A DNA stretch of 62,940 nt, filler included, from Catajapyx aquilonaris (taxonomy: Eukaryota), in the NCBI GenBank assembly GCA_000934665.2. It is 3 parts of 3 records of this genome, joined end to end, with 100 filler letters (N's around TTAATTAATTAA, not from the genome) between each part and the next. Parts side by side here need not be neighbours in the genome. Positions count along the whole stretch, not along the records: positions 22,193 to 42,495 come from JYFJ02006297.1; positions 42,596 to 62,940 come from JYFJ02006298.1; 1 more part is not named here. One strand, 5' to 3'. A program made the position numbers and the translations under genes. A model generated the notes under the pieces. That model ran no database searches, was not told where the DNA came from, and saw only the letters and a list, made by a program, of their open reading frames with translations. Positions 39,818 to 49,410 of this stretch are shown piece after piece. Each line of letters starts with the position of its first letter. Within the stretch, counting starts at the first letter, position 1.

Positions 39818-40033
39818 ACAAAACAAATACGAATGACCAGCTGCATTACATAAAATAAATAACAATACAGTAATTATAATTACCTGAAGTCGGCTGGTAT
39901 AATGTAATTATTATTACTGTATTGTTATTTATTTTATGTTGTGCAGCTGGCCATTCGTATTTGTTTTGTTATTGAACTGTTGTGAACGATCAGTATAAAT
40001 AATTTATATACTGATCGTTCACAACAGTTCAAT
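39818..40033. repeat. Two adjacent hairpins (about 39818-39969 and 39970-40033)
   Basis: ACAAAACAAATACGAATG.CCAGCTGCA...TACAGTAAT with its inverse, then TATTGAACTGTTGTGAACGATCAGTATA with its inverse. Confidence 0.88.
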
Positions 40034-40055
40034 AATGTAGAATACTACAGCGTAG

Positions 40056-40581
40056 GGGGAGGTGCGATGGCCGAGATGGTAACATCTCGACTTGCTGAGT
40101 GAAAGGTCCCAGGTTTGATCCCCGCCTGAGAGTTCCCTTTCACCTGCGTCAGGAGGGTCAGAGACCCTCCTCTCAGACATTGCACTTGCACTCATGTTCC
40201 CTCCCCAAAAATCCCTATCCTTACCCAATCTGGCGTCAGATATGAGAAGACCGCAACTCAATGTACACTTCCCCTTGCGGCGAGAAAAAAAGCAGTGGTA
40301 CCAAAAGCATCCAAGAGGTGGAGTTGGGGTGCCGTTCCTTTTCCCCCCTTCCCCCAACGCCACCTCTTGGATGCTTTCGGTAACACTTGCTTTCTTTTCT
40401 CGCCTCAAGGGAAGTGCATATTGAGTTACGGTCCTGTCACATCTGACGGCAGCAATGTCCTCGATTCCCTGCACCAGAGTTCGAAGAAAAAAAAAATGGA
40501 AAATAGAAAATGGAAATATGGTGGTATTCCACCCCATAACATTGACACTGGTCTCATGAGATACAACTATATAAAAAATAG
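40056..40581 (+). mobile_element. tRNA-derived SINE, head type C
   Basis: GATGGCCGAGATGGTAAC...GGTTTGATCCCC. Flanking direct repeat TACAGCGTAG (40046-40055, 40582-40591). Confidence 0.8.
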
Positions 40582-40593
40582 TACAGCGTAGAG

Positions 40594-41247
40594 CAGTGGT
40601 TCCCAACCTATTTCGAGTCGCGACCCACTTTTATAATAGCCAAGTATCCTGCGACCCCCCCCCCCCNNNNNNNNGACCCCCCCCCCCCCCACACACACAC
40701 ATTAGCGTAAAGAGGCATTTTATAGTGTAAAGCAGCCCCTGGACACTTCTATCCCAGCGCAATAGAAAAGGCCGATCCGTTATTCCTTCCCGCAGCGGCG
40801 CTAGTAAAAACAATGGAATCTCGCTGTGCGTGTCGTTCATTCGCCATAACAACTAGCGACCCTGTCGGTACAACCCATCAACAGCACTTATGGAATTGAT
40901 TTTGCATACCGGTATCACCATCGGCAGGTATTGATAGCCGATAGGTATCCATCGGTATCCGTTGTGATCACGGTCTCGCGACCCTGGAGAACACTCGATT
41001 TGAATTGGCGGTCCGTGGACGATTCCCCTCCCGATTACTACCGATAGCGTATACCAAGATGGCCGCAATATGGAGATCCTCACATCATGGCCACCTCCAG
41101 TCAGCGCCACGGCGGGATTGAGTAACGGATCGCAAGATGGCGGGGAGTTTCCCGACCTCTCCTTCTAAGACCGTGGTGTAAAGAAAGAAAACCCGCGGCG
41201 ACCCCCCCCCAGAAAACCCTTCGCGACCCACAGGTTGGGAACCACTG
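40594..41247. mobile_element. hAT-Charlie-type non-autonomous element
   Basis: TIR CAGTGGTTCCCAACCT. 8-bp TSD GCGTAGAG (40586-40593, 41248-41255). Confidence 0.92.
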
Positions 41248-41342
41248 GCGTAGAGGAACAACTCAGGTTAGTGGTGGATCAAAGTCTAAAACAGAGTTTG
41301 ATAATTCTACGCATTGTTGATATTGTCATTGTTGTGAGTTAA

Positions 41343-41849
41343 GGGGGCGCATTAGTAAAAAAATACGGTAAAAATCGGTAACAATGCGAGCCCTTGGCGA
41401 CCACGTAAACAAACTCACACATGCATGGACAGCATATGGGGATTCGACATGTCTACGCTTCTGCGGCCGTACGGCCGCAAAAATGGTGCAATGGACACAA
41501 AAATTACACCAAAAAATAGGACATGATCTGGCGCAGGGCACCTTCGTCGTCATTTTGCCATTTTCGGCCTAGAAGTGACCTTTTCATCGAGTTGAAGTGA
41601 CAGGAAAATGGCGTTCCCGAAAAGCCCATTGGAATAACATGGCGGTAGGAACGCGACAAAGTCGGGAACGCTTCTGCGCCCGTATGTCCACAATTTTAAT
41701 GCAATCATATCGAGTATGGTACCATAGTAAAGACCAAACCTTTGCGCAGGGCACCTTTGTCGTGATTTTTCCGATTAACGGTCCGTTTCGCCACAAAATA
41801 TAAAATTCCTTCAAAAATGCGCCTACCGTATTTTTACTCATGCGCCCCC
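41343..41849. mobile_element. TTAA-target MITE (Kolobok/Sola3-like)
   Basis: TTAA|GGGGGCGCATTAGTAAAAAAATACGGTA ... TACCGTATTTTTACTCATGCGCCCCC|TTAA. Confidence 0.85.
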
Positions 41850-41853
41850 TTAA

Positions 41854-42495
41854 AGGGACACTCCACTCAAAATACAAGTTGGGCTCTAAAAATCGGGCAA
41901 AAAATCCTGACTCCGAGGGTATAAGTAGTTTTTCTGAGAGGCGAACGGTACGGCCAGGGCGAAGGCTGGAAGTGTGTCGTTCGAAAACCGCGCTCAAACG
42001 GCTCGGCGCAGGTGGCGACGCCACCCTCTGAGGGTAGATGAGGGCAGAACTAGAGAGCGGTAGGCGCGGATTTGAAACGGACCGTGCTCTACCTTTCCAC
42101 CGACCCAGAAGATTAGTGGTGATGTCATCTTCGCACGGAAGTGTGACTTTGGCCCACGTGAGTGGTTGAGGAGTGGAAAGTGAAACCAGATGGGACACCA
42201 ACATATCTGTTTATAGTCCGCATATCCAAATAACAATGAGCCTGCCTGACAGGCGACAGAACATGACGCATCTGTCCTCGTCGTCCCCATCGCTCTCATC
42301 GACCTCGTCATAATCATCGTTCGAAGTACGGCATGTACGGGTGCCGCCCAACGAACTCATCATCGCCGACATCAGTACCGGTATGTTGGTCATCCGCACT
42401 AGCACCAGCAGTGCCTCCACTCCAACTGCTAGGGTAGGAGGCCATGCGTAGTGGATTGGGGGCCGCCTGGTCAGGAGGGACCATGTCCATCCTGG
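41854..42495 (+). mobile_element. Kolobok-like element running into the gap
   Basis: TTAA|AGGGACACTCCACTCAAAATACAAG terminus shared with the copy ending at 27801. Confidence 0.6.
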
Positions 42496-42595
42496 NNNNN
42501 NNNNNNNNNNNNNNNNNNNNNNNNNNNNNNNNNNNNNNNTTAATTAATTAANNNNNNNNNNNNNNNNNNNNNNNNNNNNNNNNNNNNNNNNNNNN
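42496..42595. other. Assembly gap with TTAATTAATTAA linker
   Basis: 100-nt N block with a central linker. Confidence 0.95.
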
Positions 42596-43018
42596 TAGCT
42601 CGTCATGACGAGGTCAGAAATTGAGACTTGACCTCGCGGAATGACTTGCTCGGCGCCAAGTAGCGGCTAGCTCGTCATGACGAGGTCAGAAAGAGAGACT
42701 TGAGATCGCGGAATGACTTGCTCGCCGCCAAGTAGCGGCTAGCTCGTCATGACGAGGTCAGAAATTGAGACTTGACCTCGCGGAATGACTTGCTCGGCGC
42801 CAAGTAGCGGCTAGCTCGTCATGACGAGGTCAGAAAAAGAGACTTGAGATCGCGGAATGACTTGCTCGGCGCCAAGTAGCGGCTAGCTCGTCATGACGAG
42901 GTCAGGAGAATATTTGACAGCCGCGAGGTCCCGCGACGTGGCGGCTATCCTGAGGCGAGCTCGCCAGCTTCTGGCGACCTAGCGGCAAGCTCGCGGCTAT
43001 GTTAAATTTTGGTAAGGG
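42596..43018. repeat. 72-bp tandem repeat (A/B alternating) forming the subterminal array of an EnSpm-like end
   Basis: Units start at 42596, 42668, 42740, 42812 and 42884. Each contains the palindrome CTCGTCATGACGAG. The terminus AAATTTTGGTAAGGG (CCCTTACCAAAATTT on minus) is at 43018. Confidence 0.85.
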
Positions 43019-43094
43019 CCATGATGAATAAATATATTCCTTCTGCTCGCAGTCAATGCGGATGTATTGTTATTTCAATTGCAGCAGCATTATA

Positions 43095-43390
43095 TTGTTA
43101 CCTGGATATATCCATATGATCCACGTTTTTATTATGGATGTACATGTCAAGGATCCATTGGGTCCATGAAAATGTTATGGATATCCATAAGATTCATACG
43201 ATCCACAGAAATTTTCATGGATATCCATGTCATCCACGTTTTTATTACGTAAAGGATCCATTGGGTCCATAAAAATGTTAAGGATTATCCAGAAGATTTA
43301 TACGATCCATGGAAATTTCATGGATATCCATGAGATCCATGAAAAATATCATGGATATCCATGAAAAAAACAAGGATATTTTCACTGGGG
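43095..43390. mobile_element. EnSpm-like element end with ATGGATATCCAT subterminal repeats
   Basis: Repeated ATGGATATCCAT/GATCCA motifs ending in GGATATTTTCACTGGG (CCCAGTGAAAATATCC on minus). It abuts the DHDDS copy. Confidence 0.7.
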
Positions 43391-44197
43391 GTGTAAGGAC
43401 ATGCCAAAGTAAAGACGTGTTTTTTGCAGCCTGACAGTTTCTCCACGATCTGTCCAGCCTGGATTTGCAGCCTTTTGGGAAAGAGTTCCAATCGACCAAT
43501 CACACGTATTTGAGTGTCTCGCTTGATCCACATATAGCTGAAATTTTGAAGTTATTTTATCTTGTGGTATATACAGTACGTACAATATGTAAAATCAGTG
43601 ACTAACAAAGGGTAATTGGGCACATTGATTGACTTTGCATAGGTAATCGGTAAATAATGCAAATTAATCAGATAATAATATTTGATTGTTGAGACTCACA
43701 TATCATCCAGGATGTCTTGAAACGCTTTCTCGAACAAATTCATCAGCTGATCGAACCTCTTCCTTTGTCCTCTTGAAGTTCTCTATGCTGAATGCATACG
43801 CAGTTATTGCATATATTCCCATTGCTCTAGACCACTCCTGAACCTCAAGCATTTTCTTGTAGCTGCAAGAAACATCACGATTAGGATCTAGTGTTAATGT
43901 CTGAGCACGAAAACCACAATCACTATTGTTGCTGTTCAATCACTTCATGACTTGAATCAGACAGTGATTTGATTAAACTCTCCAATGGTCGATTGCGTAG
44001 AAGTAAATGGGCCAGTTTATAGTTATTAACTCCTCACCCATCGTTATGTTCCTCAATGAGAGGCAAATTTCTCGCTCTTGCATATCTTCTGTTTCCATCC
44101 ATGATGCATGCCATATGTTTAGGAACGTCCCCTTACCTTGGTTCACTATAGACACTGCAAAGCGCTGCATCCACGTCAGGTTATTTTCTTCGGCCAT
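43391..44197 (-). pseudogene. DHDDS: Inverted partial duplicate (exons 1-3 with introns) of the DHDDS-like gene
   Basis: Colinear with about 58903-59742 including both introns. There is a +5-nt insertion in exon 1 (CAAGGTAAGGGG versus CAAGGGG) and a +1 T in exon 2 (GAGGTTCGAT versus GAGGTCGAT). Truncated at the end of exon 3. Confidence 0.93.
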
Positions 44198-44329
44198 TGT
44201 TGGTGTATCCTTAGTGTCTCAAATACGTCAGACGTGCTCGACCCAAAGCCCAGTTACATTACGACGCGCCCCGTGCTGGACCCGCCATCTCTTAGCAGCA
44301 GATAAAAGTGTCGGCAGGTGACAGCCAAG

Positions 44330-45700
44330 ATGGCCGATCCTGCGGTTGTGTATTTTCTTAGCTCAATAATCCGCAGACGAACGGAAGAAAGTAGCCCCTC
44401 CATTGCATCTGCGAACCGGCGCAATGCGATCCACAAAGATCACCTTGCCCGACTCAGGAGGTTTCGTGTGCGGCAGAACAGGTTGAGAGCCATGTTCCTG
44501 ATGCTGTTAACATCCACAGTCATTTCTGGGGCCCACTGCGTCGCGGACAGACAATTTGGATGACTCCCAGAAGTTCCCACTTTTGGGACTTTATTGTCTT
44601 AGAAACATGGTCACCCCAAGACTGGATCCATAACTTCCGCATGAGCCGAGATACCTTCATGGTAAGTGAAATCCTGCAGAAACCACCGCCATGTCATGAG
44701 ATTTTATGAAAGTGAAGTTAATCCCAATATTGCCTTCAAAGGTGTTGGTGAAAATGTTACGGCCACGGATCCAAAAACAGGACACGAGGTTCAGGAAAGC
44801 GATTGATTGCGAGAGGCGGCTGGCGGTATGCCTGTGGAGGTTGGCAACGACAACTGAGGAGCGGACGATCGGGCATCTTTTAGGTGTGAGTCCAGCAACT
44901 GGGAACCTGGTCTTCAGGGATGTCTGCAGGGCCATCGTGGACATCCTGATGCCCACTTACGTCCGCTTCCCAGAGGAATGCCAGCTTTCAGCAATATCGG
45001 CTGTGTTCGAGGCAAGGCGAGGCTTCCCACAAGTCATTGGCTGCGTCGATGGAACCCATATACCTATTGCGGCCCCCCAAGTGTGCCATGCTGACTATTA
45101 TAACAGGAAAAACTTTTACAGCCTGGTGATGCAGGCACTGACTGCCACTCAAACTTCGTGGATGTCGCGATTGGGTGGCCTGGCAGTGTACACGATGCCA
45201 GAGTGTTTGTTAATAATTCATCGTTGCATCAGAAGGCTGAGAGAAGTGAGTTGTTCCCAAAGGTGCTTCGAGACATAGGTGGAGTGCCAGTGCCATACAT
45301 CATTTTGGGAGACACGGCCTACCCACTCAAGACGTGGCTCATCAAGCCTTACGCAGACAATGGCCGTCTCACTCAGGCTCATAAGAATTTCAACAAGACC
45401 TTGAGCAGCACCAGGATGGCAGTGGAGCAGGCGTTTGGAAGACTGAAGGCCAGGTGGCTGATTCTTCTGAAACGGTGTGACGTGCAAGTCAGCTTCGTGC
45501 CGATAGTTGTTGCCGCCTGTGTAACCCTTCACAACCTGTGCCAGCTAAACAGCGAAGTTTTCCCCGCCCACTGGTTGGAAGAAGTCCTGGAAGAAATGCA
45601 AGCCGCTAAAGTTCCATTTGATGCTGACACCTCACAACCCGCCAGACACCCAAGTTCCATCCGTGACGCCATTGCAGCTTATATGATGACACTCAAGTGA
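44330..45700 (+). pseudogene. Harbinger transposase copy 1 (intron 44662-44741; two frameshifts)
   Basis: WIHNFRMSRDTF, RLAVCLWRLAT, GCVDGTHI, GWPGSVHDARV, GDTAY, VEQAFGRLKARW and CVTLHN. Frameshifts near 44555 and 45140. Confidence 0.92.
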
Positions 45701-45779
45701 TGGCTAGGGATAAACTAGGAATAAAAGCAAATGTCTCATTCAGTAATTTATTTCATTACTTACTATGCCTAACAATCAG

Positions 45780-46500
45780 TTCTATCATGTGCACTGCAAT
45801 TGTAGATGTCATGATGCCATCATACGTCAAGTTCCCTGAATGGACACAACTGCCAGCAATTGCTAGTGTGTTCGAGAAGAGGAAAGGCTTTCCTCAAGTG
45901 ATTGGGTACATAGACGGAACCCACATCCCCATCCTCGCACCAAAGGAAGACCATGTGGACTACTACAACAGAAAAAACTTCTATAGTTATGTCATGCAGG
46001 CTGTGGTAGACTGCCATTGCAATTTCATGGATGTTGTAATTGGCTGGCCTGGGAGCGTCCACGATGCTAGAATCCTTTCAAATTCTTCCCTGTTCCAACT
46101 GGCAGAGAAGGTGTTGCTGCCCCGCAGGATACACTCAGCATTTGTGGTGTACAAGTCCCCTACCTTCTACTGGGTGATCCGGCTTATCCTCTTAAAACAT
46201 GGCTGATGAAGCCATTTCCTGATAATGGTCATTTAACACAGGGCCAAAAAAATTTCAATAAAAAATTGAGCAGCACAAGGATGCCCATCGAGCAGAGTTT
46301 TGGAAGAATGAAGGCCTGGTGGAGGATCATTTTGAAGCGTTGCGATGTGGGGACCACCTTTACACCAACTGTAATAGCTGCATGTGTCACTCTTCACAAC
46401 GTGTGCCAATCTGAAAGCGAAGTGTTTCCCCGGCATTGGTTGGAAGACATCCTGGAGAAGTTAAAAAAAGCCGAGGTGCCCTGCGACGCAAATGACTTGT
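45780..46500 (+). pseudogene. Harbinger transposase copy 2 (catalytic core only; one frameshift)
   Basis: CTAIVDVMMPSYVKFP, GYIDGTHI, GWPGSVHDARI, GDPAY, IEQSFGRMKAWW and CVTLHN. Frameshift near 46110-46125. Lacks the N-terminal HTH region. Confidence 0.9.
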
Positions 46501-47016
46501 GTAAGAAGGACCTTTGTCGCCTTCTCCGGCCACATCATCTGCGCCGCCATCTTTCAGAAGCACGCCTTTTTAGCCTAATTCGACCACGCTGACTCCGAAA
46601 ATCGCTGTTAGCACTCTGCATTTTGGGTCCTTGTGCCCCCAAAACAAGATGGTGTCCAAGATTACGCCATTTCCCAAAATTACAACGGTTTGGCGTGTTT
46701 TACCCAAATGGTTTTACCCTATAAATACCTCAAACGAAGTACGGTTTTAGGGGTTTTCTGGGTCGCTCAGATCAGCCATGGTTGACCCAAGGCCCTATGA
46801 CGTCATCAGAATTAGAAGATTTGAAATTGCAAGTATTTTTTACGAAATTGAAAGGGCTTGTTTATAACACACACATAAGGCTGTCACAGAACACGTTGAC
46901 TACTAGCAATAATTTACTTCATGATGACAAATCCCTAGTCAAGGGATTGTAACCATCAGACAAGTCCAGTAATTACTAGCGCGCCAAGCATCGTGTACCT
47001 GTGTATCTTTTCTACC

Positions 47017-47138
47017 TGTGTAGGCCTTTACAAGGTGCGTATACAAAGGTGTGTAGGCCTATACAAGGTGCGTATACAAAGGTGTGTAGGCCTATACAAG
47101 GTGCGTATACAAAGGTGTGTAGGCCTATACAAGGTGCG
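47017..47138. repeat. 33-bp minisatellite, about 3.7 copies
   Basis: Unit TGTGTAGGCCTATACAAGGTGCGTATACAAAGG. Confidence 0.92.
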
Positions 47139-47387
47139 GAAACTTAGCGTTTCTTCTCTTTGGGGAATGCTAGAGGGGTTCTAGGCGATCATTTTAAGTG
47201 CAGGTAATCGTGGATCTGCGAAGCTAGCCTACTGAGATAATTAGTATAAAATAAAAAGTCAATTTTAGCTTATCTTTTATGCCTCGGATACAGATTACGA
47301 CACTTACATTGCTTAGGGCCTTAGGCCATTGCCTGCTACACCTAATGGGATCGCAACTTAAAATTAAATTGCATGGTAATACCTCAT

Positions 47388-47523
47388 AATACCTGCCGGG
47401 ATATTTAATATCCCGGCAGGTATTCCACAGAGTAGTTGCTGAGATAATTAGTTTCAAATGCAAGGTATAAAATTTTTATACCTTGCATTTGAAACTAATT
47501 ATCTCAGCAACTACGCTGTGGAA
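47388..47523. repeat. Two abutting palindromes (about 37 bp and about 100 bp)
   Basis: AATACCTGCCGGGATATTTAATATCCCGGCAGGTATT, then TTCCACAGAGTAGTTGCTGAGATAATTAGTTTCAAATGCAAGGTATAAAA with its near-perfect inverse. Confidence 0.9.
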
Positions 47524-49410
47524 ATAAGATGTATTGTGACGCGGCTCCAGTGTGCGACATGCAGCAGTCATGTTACACTCACTACAGCACACAGTGAAAG
47601 ACATTAGTGATGCGTAATAAAAAGTCAATACGTAAGTGCTCCCCAAGGATACCAGAGACATGTAAGCTACAAGGTTTCTTGTTTTTGGTGACTATTGATT
47701 CAATGCGTGTATTAGCGTGATCTCTTAGATATGCTATGATCTCTGTCACTTACATATATAGGGACAGAGTGGAAGAGTCATTTCAGACAACTTTGGAGGA
47801 GACAGACTTCTCGAAATGTTTAGTTTGTGCCAAGGATGTTGGAGGGGTGCCGTTTTCTGAGTGAAAGGAAAAGGTCTCAAGCGAATTCGGGAGGTGACCA
47901 AAAAAGAGTGAATTATTTTGCACACAATTTCCCTTAACAGTAGCCCGACTTATCAAAGTATTCGCTATAGAGAAAGCTATAGCATACCATTCATTGTGTA
48001 TCATTGCAGCAGATATGCAATTTACACCAAGACGAAAAATAATATTGGAAGGGAAAGTAGACGCTGAGGATATATTAGAGATGAAAAAGATCACACCCAT
48101 TATGGTGGAAGGGATAGGCCGGCATAGGAGCTTAGCTGCTCTTAGGACTTTTAGTATGTTGTTCAGCACACTTAACAGAACATTTCCTGCAATTTTCAGA
48201 TTTACATTATTTTTTACCGGGTCAAAACCTAAAATGCCTGGGCTAATATGGCCTGAACCATTACTTGCTCATTACCCTGAGTTGTTGCAAGACGTTATCA
48301 GAGAACCTTCGATATAAATAGTAATAAGAAATGCAGTATTCCCGATAACGCAGCAGGGCATTAAAATAATTGAGTGCAATCGAGAATCCAGAAGTTAGTG
48401 TGGGTGGATTAGGAAACCTTAGGAAACGGCCAGTCTTATCTCCACAGTAATGTACAGTACACCCATACACTGTACTTGCGCATCGAGTCCTGAACTGCTC
48501 AACAAACAAACCGCAGTGTTTACAGAGACTCACGCATGGACTATAGTTTCATATATTTGTTTTCCAAGGAATTTCGGTGTCACGTTGGGAGGTCAACAAA
48601 ACAGTGCGAAATATATCCAAGCGAAAGAGAGGGACGTAACAGGCTTCTAAATGCTAGTGTCATTGTTGACATTGATGACCGATATGACCTGTTCATTATG
48701 AGATCACAATAGTATTCACTAGTTGCATGATGAATATTTCATTTATGGCGCTACGATCAATTTATTTATGATCAGTGAGGATACGGCGTCCGGTTTCACA
48801 TTAAATCCGATATTGCATAAAATAATAATGTAACCGCTCCTAACCCCAAGTAATTCAAATGCACCAGTCAAACAGTGACGCAGCTCAAACTGCTCATATC
48901 TAAAGACATTTGGATTGCTACATAATGCCATTATGGAGCTAGTACATTGCGAAATATAGGGAGAAAATTACGTCTGTATACACACCACATTACAGACTGT
49001 GAGTAAACATCACATCTTGATCGGATCAAAGTATAATTTGCGAAATTAGAAGCAATCGCGAATGTAGAAGCACGAACGTCCATTACACGTAAGTAGTCTT
49101 GCTCCACCGAAACGTTAGCCGCGTCCATATTATATAATCAAGAGGACATGCAATCATTGTACACACTAGAAAGGCTGAAGCTGTTCCAATATAGGCCTAC
49201 GCAAAAATTACAGTCCCACCTAGAAGAGCCGCAATAAGTATATACCGAGCACCCACTTATTGTCTCGGAAGTAGAGGCACGTATCCTTGGCAGAATAACC
49301 TTGGAAGCACCTTGAAAGGTCAATTTGGTAACCCCAGGTTTGATACAGTGTCGAGCAAAACTCACGCTGAACAAGTCGATCCTGATCTGAGCTCGTTACG
49401 ACTTGACAAG

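Larger units (their letters stand above)
44247..46500 (+). mobile_element. Second PIF/Harbinger element, decayed, with tandem transposase cores; right end and Myb gene not seen
   Basis: Candidate terminus AGCCCAGTTACATTACG near 44247, followed by two HARBI1-like coding regions. Confidence 0.75.

Noticed and set aside
41584..42204. 206-aa minus-strand ORF (and 40019-40606, 27090-27653)
   Set aside because: These ORFs cross boundaries of unrelated TEs and have no domain motifs, so they are chance open frames.
42596..42905. CRISPR-like array (palindromic repeat at regular spacing)
   Set aside because: The intervening sequences are near-identical rather than unique spacers, there are no cas genes, and the context is eukaryotic. 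It is a tandem repeat.
48743..49128. Two minus-strand ORFs coupled by a TAATG stop-start overlap, both ending in AP
   Set aside because: Short, with no recognisable domain, and expected by chance in AT-rich DNA.
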